Source: a bacterium
Lineage (GTDB): Bacteria; Sysuimicrobiota; Sysuimicrobiia; Sysuimicrobiales; Kaftiobacteriaceae
NCBI GenBank assembly: GCA_044868695.1
Contig: JBIOWP010000105.1
Location: 11,346 to 75,345 of the forward strand
DNA: 64,000 bases
Reading direction: 5' to 3'
Shown piece after piece: positions 1-11,914 of the stretch. Every line of letters begins with the position of its first letter. Position 1 is the stretch's first letter. The position numbers and the translations under genes were made by a program. Under the pieces are notes generated by a model. It was not told the origin of the DNA, searched no databases, and saw nothing but the letters and a program-made list of their open reading frames with translations.

Positions 1-78
1 CAGGCGGCGATCAGACAAACATCGTTCCTCTATCGGGGGACAATTACCGCGTCGGATGCAATTAACGCAAGTCAAGAC

Positions 79-141
79 GGGACCAGGGACCAGGGACCAG
101 GGACCGGTGCGCGGTAAGCTTTCTGGTCCCGGGTCCCCGGT
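79..141. repeat. Heptamer-based palindromic extragenic element, copy 1: arm GGGACCAGGGACCAGGGACCAGGGACCGG, 16-nt spacer, complementary arm TGGTCCCGGGTCCCCGG
   Basis: Direct reading. Four tandem GGGACCA units on one arm and the reverse-complement units on the other arm. Lies upstream of the first ORF. Confidence 0.8.
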
Positions 142-169
142 GCCTTAGTTCAGACGTAGGGGGTGTTCA

Positions 170-856
170 GTGGCTCGTGACCGTCTCGTGAAGAAAACCG
201 GCCTGAGCTGGGTGCCGGTCACCATCTATATCGGTGTTGTGGTGGCGGTGAGCGCGGGGTTGTTTTCCTGGGACTATCTCTACCGCCGCAGGCAGGAGGA
301 GGCACTGCGGCCGCCCTCTCCCGATGTGCTGGCCAAGAACCTGGTCGAGAATATCATTGGCCGCGGTTCGGTGCGAGACATCAAGCTGGATGAGGGCGCG
401 GGGACCGTCGAGGTCACGTTTGAATCTGCCACCTATCCGCCGGCGGCGCGGGCTGTGGTGGGCGGCGAGGTCGTCTCCAAGGGCCTCGACCAGGTGATGA
501 TCGGGCTGCGAGTCGTCAAGGGCGATCCGCTGGTGTACGTGCGGACTCCCGACGGCAAGACCGTCGTGGCCGCGCAGGCGGAGTACACGGGCCGGGTGGT
601 GCAGGTGCTGGTCAAGTCCGGCGACAAGGTCGAGGAAGGCCGGGCGACGGTGCTCATCGAGCCCGAAGACAAGACCGACGCGCGGAAGAACCTCGAGACC
701 GAGGGGCTGCTGGCCTCACAGGTCATCATGGGTCAGCTGACGACGATCAAATCGGTGACCGCAAAGATCGTGTACAAGGATATTACCCTCGCCACGGTAT
801 TGGGTAAGCGGGGCGAACGGAGCGTCACGGCATCCTACCACGAAAGCCTGCAGTAA
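170..856 (+). CDS. Membrane-anchored hypothetical protein with C-terminal biotin/lipoyl-like hybrid-barrel motif
   Basis: 228-aa ORF with GTG start after AGGGGGTG. N-terminal TM helix (VPVTIYIGVVVAVSAGLF). Motif VKSGDKVEEGRATVLIE resembles lipoyl/HlyD-like barrels. High GC3. Confidence 0.5.
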   Translation: MARDRLVKKTGLSWVPVTIYIGVVVAVSAGLFSWDYLYRRRQEEALRPPSPDVLAKNLVENIIGRGSVRDIKLDEGAGTVEVTFESATYPPAARAVVGGEVVSKGLDQVMIGLRVVKGDPLVYVRTPDGKTVVAAQAEYTGRVVQVLVKSGDKVEEGRATVLIEPEDKTDARKNLETEGLLASQVIMGQLTTIKSVTAKIVYKDITLATVLGKRGERSVTASYHESLQ

Positions 857-869
857 CGCGCGGTGACGA

Positions 870-4067
<3,198 letters not shown>

Positions 4068-4081
<14 letters not shown>

Positions 4082-4421
4082 TTTCTATTCATCCGTGTTT
4101 GCTGAGCAGTTGAGGGACGGCCGGAAGACGGCCACGATCCGGCTGGGTGACAAGCGGGACAAATATGAGACCGGACAGATCGTCTGGCTGACCGTCGGCC
4201 GGCGCTTTGGGACGCGCAAGAAGATTGCTCCGGCGATTATCGATTCGGTCGAAGTGAAGGCGCTGCGCGAGGTGACGCCGCGGGAGATCCAGCGCGACAA
4301 CCCGGAGCTGCGCCGGCACGAGGAACTGGTCGAGTTTCTTACCAACATCTACGGGCGCGAGCGGATCATCACCCTGGAGGACACGGTGACCGTCATCCAC
4401 TTCTCGCGGATCGAGGAGTAG
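4068..4421 (+). CDS. ASCH-domain protein (YqfB-like)
   Basis: 117 aa with [12 protein letters not shown]...GQIVWL, resembling the E. coli YqfB ASCH fold. GTG start overlaps the hutU 3' end by 14 nt. Confidence 0.7.
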
Positions 4422-4426
4422 ACTGC

Positions 4427-5497
4427 ATGCTGCGCGTCGGCGTGATCGGCACAGGGTTCGGCGCGCAGGTGCAGATTCCGGCTTTCCTGGCGCACCCGCG
4501 GGTCCAGGTGGTTGCCGTGGCCAGCGGGACGCCGGGCAAAGCCCGGCAGGTTGCCTCGCGCTTCGAGATCCCGCATGCCTTCGACGACGCCCGCCAGATG
4601 CTGGCAGAGATAGAGCTGGACCTCGTCAGCATCACGTCTCCTCCTGACACGCACCATCCTCTGAGCCTGGCGGCCTTCACCCGCGGCCGCCACGTGCTCT
4701 GTGAGAAGCCGATCGCGCTGTCCGCAGGCCAGGCCCACGAGATGCTGGAGGGAGCCGTGCGGGCGCGCGTCACCCACGTCATGGATCACGAGCTGCGGTT
4801 CAATCCGAACAGGCGGAAGATCGCCTCCCTTATCGAGCAGGGTTTCATCGGCACGCCGCGGCACGCGCTGATCACCGTCGTCGGTGCGGCGCGCGCCGAC
4901 CCAACGAAACCGTGGACGTGGTGGATGGACGCCGCGCGCGGCGGAGGAATCCTCGGCGCCCAGGGGTCGCACCAGATCGATTCGCTCCGCTACTTCCTGG
5001 GCGAAATCACGGCCGCCTCCGGCACGACGGAGACCTATATCAAGGAGAGGCCGGATCCGGAGCGGGGCGGGCGGCGCCGGGTGACCGCCGATGACTTCGC
5101 CTCATTTTCGGTCCGGTTCGCGTCGGGGGCGGTGGGCACAGTTGTTAACAGCGGCGTCGCCTCGCACGGCGTGGGGCCCAGGGCGGAGATCTGGGGGGCG
5201 GAGGGGACCCTCGTGCTCGATGGGGAGGAGCGCCTGTGGGGTGCGAAGCGAGGCGAGAGTCTGAAGGAGCTCAGCGAGCCCGAAACGCTGAAGGCGCCCT
5301 CCGGCATGGACTACTCGCCTCTGTGGGGGCTGTCATTCATCCGTCTGGCCGATCACGTCGTCAGCACGATCCTCGACCACGCCCCGATCGCGCCGGCCGC
5401 GACGTTTGCCGATGGGCTGCAGGTGCAGCGGGTGATGGACGCGGTGCGCGCGTCCGCCGGGCGGTGGATCGAAATCCCGCCCGCGGACGCGCTTTAG
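4427..5497 (+). CDS. Gfo/Idh/MocA family NAD(P)-dependent oxidoreductase
   Basis: N-terminal Rossmann motif MLRVGVIGTGFGAQ, EKP motif (LCEKPIAL), typical length of 356 aa. Confidence 0.85.
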   Translation: MLRVGVIGTGFGAQVQIPAFLAHPRVQVVAVASGTPGKARQVASRFEIPHAFDDARQMLAEIELDLVSITSPPDTHHPLSLAAFTRGRHVLCEKPIALSAGQAHEMLEGAVRARVTHVMDHELRFNPNRRKIASLIEQGFIGTPRHALITVVGAARADPTKPWTWWMDAARGGGILGAQGSHQIDSLRYFLGEITAASGTTETYIKERPDPERGGRRRVTADDFASFSVRFASGAVGTVVNSGVASHGVGPRAEIWGAEGTLVLDGEERLWGAKRGESLKELSEPETLKAPSGMDYSPLWGLSFIRLADHVVSTILDHAPIAPAATFADGLQVQRVMDAVRASAGRWIEIPPADAL

Positions 5498-6249
5498 CGT
5501 GCGTGGGCGAGGAAGAAGCTCCGCCCGATGTGTCCCTGCATGCCGAGGTCATGCTCCGCGTCGAAGGCGGCAATCTCTTCAAAGCCGGCGGAGCGCAGGG
5601 CTGCCGTGATGTCGTCTGCCGCGTAGCAGCGCTGGTACAGCGTCACGTCGCTCCGCTGCCACGCGCCCTGGTCCAGCCTAAACATCGTCAGATCTGAGCG
5701 CGCGACCCTCGTCTGGGGATCATAGGACGACCGGTTCACCAGGGCGTGATCGACCTCCGTGATGCCGAAGGATCCGCGCCACCGGGCCTGGTACCCCGGT
5801 TCCATGTTGAAGTCGCACAGAAACGGCGCGCCGGCTTTGAGCGCGGCCCGGATGTTCCGGAATGCCGTGCCCAGCTCATCCGGATGCATCAGGTGGTTGA
5901 GGCTGTCGAACAGGCACACGGCGGCATCGTGGGACGGCGGCAGGGTCACGGTCCTGACGTCGGCGTGAATGAACTCGGCGCCGGGTGCAATTGAGCGCGC
6001 GAACGTCAGCATCTGCTCCGAGCCGTCGACGCCGGTGACACGATAGCCGCGCTGCACCAGCTCGCCGACCAGTTGTCCCGTCCCGCAGCACAGATCGAGA
6101 ATCCGGCCGCCCCGCGGCACGCGGGTCAGGACAAGGCGTTCCACGATGGGAAGCGCCCGGGATATGAACGACGTCGGCCCGGAGCCCCAATACTTCTGGT
6201 AGAACCAGGCGAAGGTGTCGTACCCTGACGGAGAAGTCTCAGGCGTCAC
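5494..6249 (-). CDS. Class I SAM-dependent methyltransferase
   Basis: Motif I ILDLCCGTGQL and an acidic loop after strand beta-2. 251 aa. Confidence 0.85.
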   Translation of the reverse strand: MTPETSPSGYDTFAWFYQKYWGSGPTSFISRALPIVERLVLTRVPRGGRILDLCCGTGQLVGELVQRGYRVTGVDGSEQMLTFARSIAPGAEFIHADVRTVTLPPSHDAAVCLFDSLNHLMHPDELGTAFRNIRAALKAGAPFLCDFNMEPGYQARWRGSFGITEVDHALVNRSSYDPQTRVARSDLTMFRLDQGAWQRSDVTLYQRCYAADDITAALRSAGFEEIAAFDAEHDLGMQGHIGRSFFLAHAR

Positions 6250-6824
6250 GATGGACGCTCAGGCGGGACGCTCAGATGAGCGGCAGGGATCGCCCGGGCG
6301 AGGTAGATGGCCGGCGAGGCCTGGAAGAACTGCACGCCGGCCTCGTGCGCCTGCCGGGCGAGCACGGTGACCACGACCGCCCCAGGGCTGTGCCGTTGCC
6401 CGATGGTCAGCGCATCCTGCCGTGTGGCCGACAGATGCACGAACTGCCGTCCCTGCGGCATGAGGCCCTCGTTCCGGATCGCGTCGAGCACGGCGGGCGG
6501 CGTCCCATGGTACAGCCACTCCGGTGGAACGACCGGTTTCCCGGGCGTCTCGATCGGAATGCTGTGGCCGTACCGGGCGCGGACGCGGCTGCCGTCGATC
6601 TCGTAGCGCTTGGCGTCTTGCTGCGCCGCCGCCCGCAGGACGGTCTCCGTGATCCCCGACCACCCGGGCTGCGCGGCGATCGCCGCTGCCAGGGTCTCCA
6701 GCTCGACGAACCCCGACGGGTCCAGTGAGATCCCGATGCTGTCCGGTTTGTGCCGCAGCACGAGCGCCAGGAACCGGCCCAGCCGGTCCGCCTGGTCTTC
6801 TGGACGTGGGGGACGTCCTCTCAT
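6246..6824 (-). CDS. kptA: RNA 2'-phosphotransferase (Tpt1/KptA family)
   Basis: Tpt1 motifs LSRFLALVLRHKP, RYGHS, LYHGT and HLS. The six-frame ORF extends to 7175, but similarity starts at MRGRPP (start 6824). The upstream extension overlaps the divergent ftcD start. Confidence 0.8.
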   Translation of the reverse strand: MRGRPPRPEDQADRLGRFLALVLRHKPDSIGISLDPSGFVELETLAAAIAAQPGWSGITETVLRAAAQQDAKRYEIDGSRVRARYGHSIPIETPGKPVVPPEWLYHGTPPAVLDAIRNEGLMPQGRQFVHLSATRQDALTIGQRHSPGAVVVTVLARQAHEAGVQFFQASPAIYLARAIPAAHLSVPPERPS

Positions 6825-6926
6825 CTGGCGCAGCGTGTTCTCTAGCACGGGTGCGCGCTCCTCTGAGGCATCGAGGAGAAGATTCCGAGCGCACAGAAAA
6901 CTAGGTACGGTTTTCCGAGGACACAG

Positions 6927-7823
6927 ATGCCTCAGCAGCTGGTCGAGTGCGTCCCCAATTTTAGCGAAGGCCGGCGCCGTGACGTGATTGATGCGATTGC
7001 GGAGGAGATTCGCCGCGCGGCAGGGGCCCGGCTGCTGGACGTCCAGGCCGACGAGAGCCACAATCGGTGTGTCGTCACGTTTGTTGGGACGCTCGATGCG
7101 GTAAAGGCCGCGGCGCTGGCCGCCGCGCGCCGGGCGGTGGCGCTCATCGACATGACCGCTCATCGGGGGGAGCATCCCCGGCTGGGCGCAGTGGACGTGA
7201 TTCCGTTAGTTCCTATTTCCGGGGTGACGATGGAGGAGTGCGTCGCGGCGTCGCATGACTTAGGCCGGCAGATCTGGAAGGCCCTGCGGGTCCCTGTGTA
7301 CTTCTACGCCGAAGCGGCCACCCGGCCGGAGCGCCGCCGCCTCCCCGATATCCGGAGGGGCGAGTACGAAGGGCTTGCGGAGAAGATGCTCGATCCAGCC
7401 TGGGGGCCGGACGCCGGCGACCCGAAGCCGCACCCGACCGCGGGGGCGACCGTTGTCGGGGCCCGGCGGCCGCTGATCGCGTACAACATCAACCTGGCGA
7501 CCGGCGACGTCGAGATTGCGAAGAAGGTCGCCAAGGCCGTGCGCGAGAGCAGCGGCGGGCTGGTCGCCGTGCAGGCGATGGGCGTGGTCAGCTCGGGGGG
7601 CCAGGCGCAGGTCTCGATGAATCTGCTCGACTACACAAAGACGTCCGTGTCCCATGCGTTCGAGCAGGTGCGGATCGAAGCCGCCCGCTTCGGCGTGGAC
7701 CTTCTGGAGAGCGAGGTGGTCGGCCTGATCCCCCTGGACGCGGTTGTCGACGCGGCGCGCTCCTCCCTCCGGCTGCGGGATTTCCGGCGAGAGCAGATTC
7801 TGGAAACCCGGCTCATGGAATGA
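6927..7823 (+). CDS. ftcD: Glutamate formimidoyltransferase (FtcD N-terminal-type)
   Basis: N-terminus MPQQLVECVPNFSEGRR is diagnostic of the formiminotransferase domain. 298 aa. Confidence 0.9.
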   Translation: MPQQLVECVPNFSEGRRRDVIDAIAEEIRRAAGARLLDVQADESHNRCVVTFVGTLDAVKAAALAAARRAVALIDMTAHRGEHPRLGAVDVIPLVPISGVTMEECVAASHDLGRQIWKALRVPVYFYAEAATRPERRRLPDIRRGEYEGLAEKMLDPAWGPDAGDPKPHPTAGATVVGARRPLIAYNINLATGDVEIAKKVAKAVRESSGGLVAVQAMGVVSSGGQAQVSMNLLDYTKTSVSHAFEQVRIEAARFGVDLLESEVVGLIPLDAVVDAARSSLRLRDFRREQILETRLME

Positions 7824-9088
7824 CGAAGGCCGCGGTCGATCTGCTGATCGTCCACGCGGCGCAGCTGCTGACGCTGGCGGGAGCGAATGAGCGGCCGCGC
7901 ACCGGAGGGGCTCTGGCGGAGCTGGGCCTCGTCCCGGACGGCGCCGTCGCCGCCGCGGACGGCGTGATTGTCGCGGCCGGCCCGACCGCGCAGGTGATGG
8001 ATGAGGCCGCGCCCGGCCCGCACGGCCAGGTCATTGACGGGTCCGGCCGCGTGGTGCTGCCGGGACTGGTCGATCCGCACACGCATCTCATCTTCGCGGG
8101 GTCTCGCGCGGACGAGTTCGAGATGCGCCTGGCCGGCGCGACGTACCAGGAGATCTCCCGCGCGGGCGGGGGAATCGCGTCCACCATGGCGGCCACCCGC
8201 GCGGCGACCGAAGAACAACTCCTCGACGCAGGGCGCCTGCGGCTCGACCGGATGCTGGCCCACGGCACCACGACCGCTGAAGTCAAGAGCGGCTATGGCC
8301 TGACCGTCGAAGACGAACTCAAGTGCCTGCGGGTGGCTCATCGCCTGAGCGCGTCTCATGACGTGGATGTCATCCCGACGTTTCTCGGCGCGCACGCCGT
8401 CCCGCCGGAACGCCGGAACGATCCCGACGGATACGTACGCCTCGTGATCGAGGAGATGCTGCCCGCGGTGGTAGAGGAAGATCTGGCCGAGTTCTGCGAC
8501 GTGTTCTGCGAGGCGGGCGCGTTTACGCTGGAGCAGGCGCGCGCGGTGCTGGAGGCCGGGGTCGAAGCCGGATTAGATCCAAAGATCCACGCGGACGAAC
8601 TGTCGGACCTGGGCGGCGCGGCGCTGGCCGCCGACGTCGAAGCGGTATCGGCCGATCACCTCCTGTGCGCGTCCGATGAGGGTCTCGCGGCCATGGCGAA
8701 CGCGGGGTCGATCGCCGTCCTGCTGCCGGGGACTGCGCTCTTTCTGGGCCTGCCGTATGCGCGGGCGCGCCGGATGATCGACCTGGGAGTCCCTATCGCG
8801 GTGGGGACCGACTTCAACCCCGGCACGTCGCCGACCTACTCGATGCCGATGATCATCTCCCTCGCATGCCTGGGGATGCGGCTCACTCCGGCCGAGGCGA
8901 TCGTCGCGGCGACGATCAATGCGGCGCACGCCATCGCGGCCGCGGAGGAAGTCGGCAGCCTGGAAGTGGGAAAAGCCGCGGACATCGTCATCCTCGACGA
9001 CCCCGACTACCGCCATTTGGCGATGCACTTTGGGGTCAACCCCGTCGTGGGCGTCGTCAAGCGGGGCCAGGTCGTGCGCGGGCCGTGA
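7820..9088 (+). CDS. hutI: Imidazolonepropionase
   Basis: 422 aa amidohydrolase with VDPHTHLIFAGSRADEF, strong HutI family similarity. Start overlaps the ftcD stop. Confidence 0.95.
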   Translation: MTKAAVDLLIVHAAQLLTLAGANERPRTGGALAELGLVPDGAVAAADGVIVAAGPTAQVMDEAAPGPHGQVIDGSGRVVLPGLVDPHTHLIFAGSRADEFEMRLAGATYQEISRAGGGIASTMAATRAATEEQLLDAGRLRLDRMLAHGTTTAEVKSGYGLTVEDELKCLRVAHRLSASHDVDVIPTFLGAHAVPPERRNDPDGYVRLVIEEMLPAVVEEDLAEFCDVFCEAGAFTLEQARAVLEAGVEAGLDPKIHADELSDLGGAALAADVEAVSADHLLCASDEGLAAMANAGSIAVLLPGTALFLGLPYARARRMIDLGVPIAVGTDFNPGTSPTYSMPMIISLACLGMRLTPAEAIVAATINAAHAIAAAEEVGSLEVGKAADIVILDDPDYRHLAMHFGVNPVVGVVKRGQVVRGP

Positions 9089-9699
9089 AAGACCTCTCCG
9101 TTGCCCAGTTCCTGGACCGGCTGGCCTCCTCGGATCCCACTCCCGGGGGCGGATCCGTAGCGGCGCTGGCCGGCGCAGCCGCGGCCGGCCTTATCGCGAT
9201 GGTCTCGCGCCTGTCGGTTGGTAAGGGCGGGGACGACGCGGCGCTGGAGCGTACGCTGGCCGCCGCCGAGAAGGAACGTCACGACATGCTGGAACTCGCA
9301 TCGCGCGACGCGGATGCCTTTGACGCGGTCATGCGCGCGATGAGGCTGCCCAAGCAGTCCGAAGAGGAGAAGCGGCGCCGTCAGTCGGTGCTGCAGGATG
9401 CACTGAAGGGCGCGGCCGGCGTCCCGCTGGAGGTCGCGTCTCGTTCCGTAACGCTTCTGGAGGCCTCGGGCGACTTGGCGCGCGCGGGCAACCCCAACGT
9501 CATCAGCGACGTGGGTGTGGCGGTACTCCTGGCGTTTGCGTCGGCCCAGGGAGCTCTCCTCAACGTGCGGATCAATCTGCAGGCGATCAAGGATCAGGCG
9601 TTTCGGACGGAGACGTCGGCGCGTGTCCGGACTCTGACCCAGCGGGCCGAGGTCCTGCGAGACGAAGCCTTGGCGGCCGTGGACCAGCGCCTGCCGTGA
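9085..9699 (+). CDS. Formimidoyltetrahydrofolate cyclodeaminase / methenyl-THF cyclohydrolase family
   Basis: GTG at 9085 overlaps the hutI stop (GTGA). Product VKDLSVAQFLDRLASSDPTPGGGSVAALAGA is a cyclodeaminase-domain signature. The six-frame ORF 8866..9699 is an upstream artefact of the same frame. Confidence 0.85.
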   Translation: MKDLSVAQFLDRLASSDPTPGGGSVAALAGAAAAGLIAMVSRLSVGKGGDDAALERTLAAAEKERHDMLELASRDADAFDAVMRAMRLPKQSEEEKRRRQSVLQDALKGAAGVPLEVASRSVTLLEASGDLARAGNPNVISDVGVAVLLAFASAQGALLNVRINLQAIKDQAFRTETSARVRTLTQRAEVLRDEALAAVDQRLP

Positions 9700-10058
9700 G
9701 CGATCGCCTTTTCTTGTCGGGGATGCGATTCTTCGCCCACCACGGCGTCCTGGCCGAGGAACGGACCCAGGGTCAGCAGTTTCTCGTGGATGTGGAACTG
9801 GAGGCCGATCTTCGACCGGCGGGACGGCGCGACGATCTGTCGCTGACCGCGGACTACCGGCGCGCCTATGAGGTCGTGAAGAACGTCATGGAGGGTGAGC
9901 CGCGCGACCTGATCGAAACGCTGGCCGAGACCATCGCCGCGCAGCTGCTGGCGCTGGACCGCGTTTCCGGAGTCACGGTGCGGGTGCGCAAGCCGGAGGT
10001 GAAGCTTCCGGGACCGCTGGAGTGGTCGGGGGTCGAGATTCACCGCCGCCGCGCATGA
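9696..10058 (+). CDS. folB: Dihydroneopterin aldolase
   Basis: 120 aa. GMRFFAHHGVLAEERTQGQQF matches the FolB family. GTG overlaps the upstream stop. Confidence 0.9.
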   Translation: MSDRLFLSGMRFFAHHGVLAEERTQGQQFLVDVELEADLRPAGRRDDLSLTADYRRAYEVVKNVMEGEPRDLIETLAETIAAQLLALDRVSGVTVRVRKPEVKLPGPLEWSGVEIHRRRA

Positions 10059-10543
10059 CGACCCGCGCGTATCTCAGCCTCGGGTCGAATCAGGGGAATC
10101 GCCCGGCGCTCCTCGGCGACGCGGTGGACCGTCTGCAGGCCTCCGGCCGGGTCCGGGTCACGAAGCAGTCGTCCATGTACGAGACCGCGCCGGTCGGCGT
10201 CGTCGAGCAGCCCGACTTCCTCAATCTGGTGGTCGAGGTGGAGACCGACCTCGATCCACAGGACTTGCTGGAACTGGTACTGGCGGTGGAACGGGGGCTC
10301 GGCCGGGTCCGGACCCAGCGGTGGGGCCCGAGGACGGTGGACATCGACATCCTGCTGTTCGGCACGGTCGAGATGGATACGCCGGTGCTCGCGATCCCTC
10401 ATCCTGAGATGACGCGGCGGCGCTTCGTGCTCGAGCCGCTGCTCGAGATCGCCCCCGACGCGCGCCTGCCCGGAGGCCGCCCTCTGGCAGAGTTTCTTGC
10501 TGGCGTGGCAGACCAGGAGGTCCGAAAGGTGTCGAGCGGATGA
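10055..10543 (+). CDS. folK: 2-amino-4-hydroxy-6-hydroxymethyldihydropteridine diphosphokinase
   Basis: AYLSLGSNQGNR N-terminus and VDIDILLFG motif. ATG at 10055 forms an ATGA overlap with the folB stop. Confidence 0.9.
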   Translation: MTTRAYLSLGSNQGNRPALLGDAVDRLQASGRVRVTKQSSMYETAPVGVVEQPDFLNLVVEVETDLDPQDLLELVLAVERGLGRVRTQRWGPRTVDIDILLFGTVEMDTPVLAIPHPEMTRRRFVLEPLLEIAPDARLPGGRPLAEFLAGVADQEVRKVSSG

Positions 10544-11217
10544 GCCGGGCCCGCATGGAGTACCGGCCGCCCCGGGCCCTCCAGCGGTCGCTGCTTCCGG
10601 TCGGGCAGCGGGCAGAAGGCGTATTCGTGGCGGTCGAAGGCCCTATCGGCGTGGGGAAGACGACACTGGCCCGCCTGCTGGCCGAGTCCCTGGACGCGGA
10701 GGCCGTGCTGGAAGTCGTCGAGGAGAATCCGTTCCTCCACCAGTTCTACGAGGATATCAAGACCTATGCGTTTCAGACGCAGCTCTTCTTCTTCCTCAGC
10801 CGGTATCGACAGCACGATGCGCTGCGGGAGCGGCGCGAACGGGGGGAGGGGGTCGTGAGCGACTATGTGTTTGCCAAAGACCGCCTCTTCGCGCGGATGA
10901 ATCTGGATCCGCAGGAACTGGACCTCTACGACCGGCTGTTCGAGCTGATCGCGCCCAGGACGGCGCAGCCCGATCTCGTCGTGTACCTGACGGCGGACCT
11001 CCCGACGCTGCGGCGGCGCATCGCGCGGCGCGGCCGGCCCTTCGAGCGCGCCATCGAGCCGGCGTATCTGGAGCGGCTGTGCGAGGAGTACGACCAGTTC
11101 TTTGCAGCGTATGATGAAACCGCGCTCTTGACCGTCAACACGGATACCGTGGACATCTTTACCGAGGCGGACTTGAAGGAGATACGCCATTACGTGGATG
11201 AAGCGACATCCAAATAA
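10540..11217 (+). CDS. Deoxynucleoside kinase (dAK/dGK family)
   Basis: P-loop VEGPIGVGKTT, ENPFL, ERS-like region (FQTQLFFFLSRYRQ). ATGA overlap with folK. Confidence 0.85.
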   Translation: MSRARMEYRPPRALQRSLLPVGQRAEGVFVAVEGPIGVGKTTLARLLAESLDAEAVLEVVEENPFLHQFYEDIKTYAFQTQLFFFLSRYRQHDALRERRERGEGVVSDYVFAKDRLFARMNLDPQELDLYDRLFELIAPRTAQPDLVVYLTADLPTLRRRIARRGRPFERAIEPAYLERLCEEYDQFFAAYDETALLTVNTDTVDIFTEADLKEIRHYVDEATSK

Positions 11218-11240
11218 GGATGAAAATGCCCGGCCGCGTT

Positions 11241-11290
11241 TCCTCGTTCCCGCGTTCCCTCGTTCCCAAGGCCGCACCACAGGTGCGGCC
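11241..11290. repeat. Half-copy of the GGGAACG heptamer element plus a perfect 8-bp hairpin (GGCCGCAC-CACAG-GTGCGGCC)
   Basis: TTTCCTCGTTCCCGCGTTCCCTCGTTCCC is the reverse complement of GGGAACGAGG units like the arm at 20941..20969. A hairpin follows immediately and contains AGGTG 5 nt before the in-frame TTG. Confidence 0.6.
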
Positions 11291-11914
11291 TTGAAGTGGT
11301 TCGTGGCGGTCAGCGGAAACATCGGGTCTGGGAAGTCCACCATCACCACGCTGCTCAGCGAGAAGCTGGGGTGGAAGCCGTACTATGAGGTCGTGGACGA
11401 GAATCCCTACCTGCCGGACTTCTATGGAGACATGCCGCGGTGGAGCTTCCATCTTCAAGTCTTTTTCCTGAGCAAGCGGTTCCAGCACCACCAGGAGATC
11501 GCCGCGGCGCCGGCGTCCGTGATCCAGGACCGGACCATCTACGAAGACGCGGAGATCTTTGCCCGCAACCTGTACCTGCACGGGTTGATGGACGAGCGCG
11601 ACTTCCGCAACTACTACGAGCTGTTCAACACCATGCTGCAGTTCTTGCGGCCGCCTGACCTGATCATCTACCTGAAGGCGTCTGTCCCCACGCTGATGGA
11701 CCGGATCCGCGCCCGGGCGCGCGATTATGAGCAGGGCATTCCCGCCGGGTACCTGGAGCAGCTCAACGAGCGCTACGGCGAGTGGGTGGAGCGGTTCTCG
11801 CTGTGCCCGATGCTGGTGGTGGACGCCGATCACCTCGACCTCGGCAAACTCGACAGGCTGGTCGGCGAGATGCAGACGGCCCTGCCGTCGCTGTTTCCCC
11901 TCGTGGAACGATGA
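11291..11914 (+). CDS. Deoxynucleoside kinase, second paralog
   Basis: P-loop VSGNIGSGKST, ENPYL, FHLQVFFLSKRFQ. The six-frame ORF starts at 11198, overlapping the first dNK. A TTG at 11291 (after AGGTG) or GTG at 11303 gives the family-typical N-terminus. Start uncertain. Confidence 0.8.
   Translation: MKWFVAVSGNIGSGKSTITTLLSEKLGWKPYYEVVDENPYLPDFYGDMPRWSFHLQVFFLSKRFQHHQEIAAAPASVIQDRTIYEDAEIFARNLYLHGLMDERDFRNYYELFNTMLQFLRPPDLIIYLKASVPTLMDRIRARARDYEQGIPAGYLEQLNERYGEWVERFSLCPMLVVDADHLDLGKLDRLVGEMQTALPSLFPLVER

Noticed and set aside
8866-9699. 277-aa ORF starting inside hutI
   Set aside because: The upstream 73 codons overlap hutI in another frame. Cyclodeaminase homology begins at the GTG at 9085, which overlaps the hutI stop.
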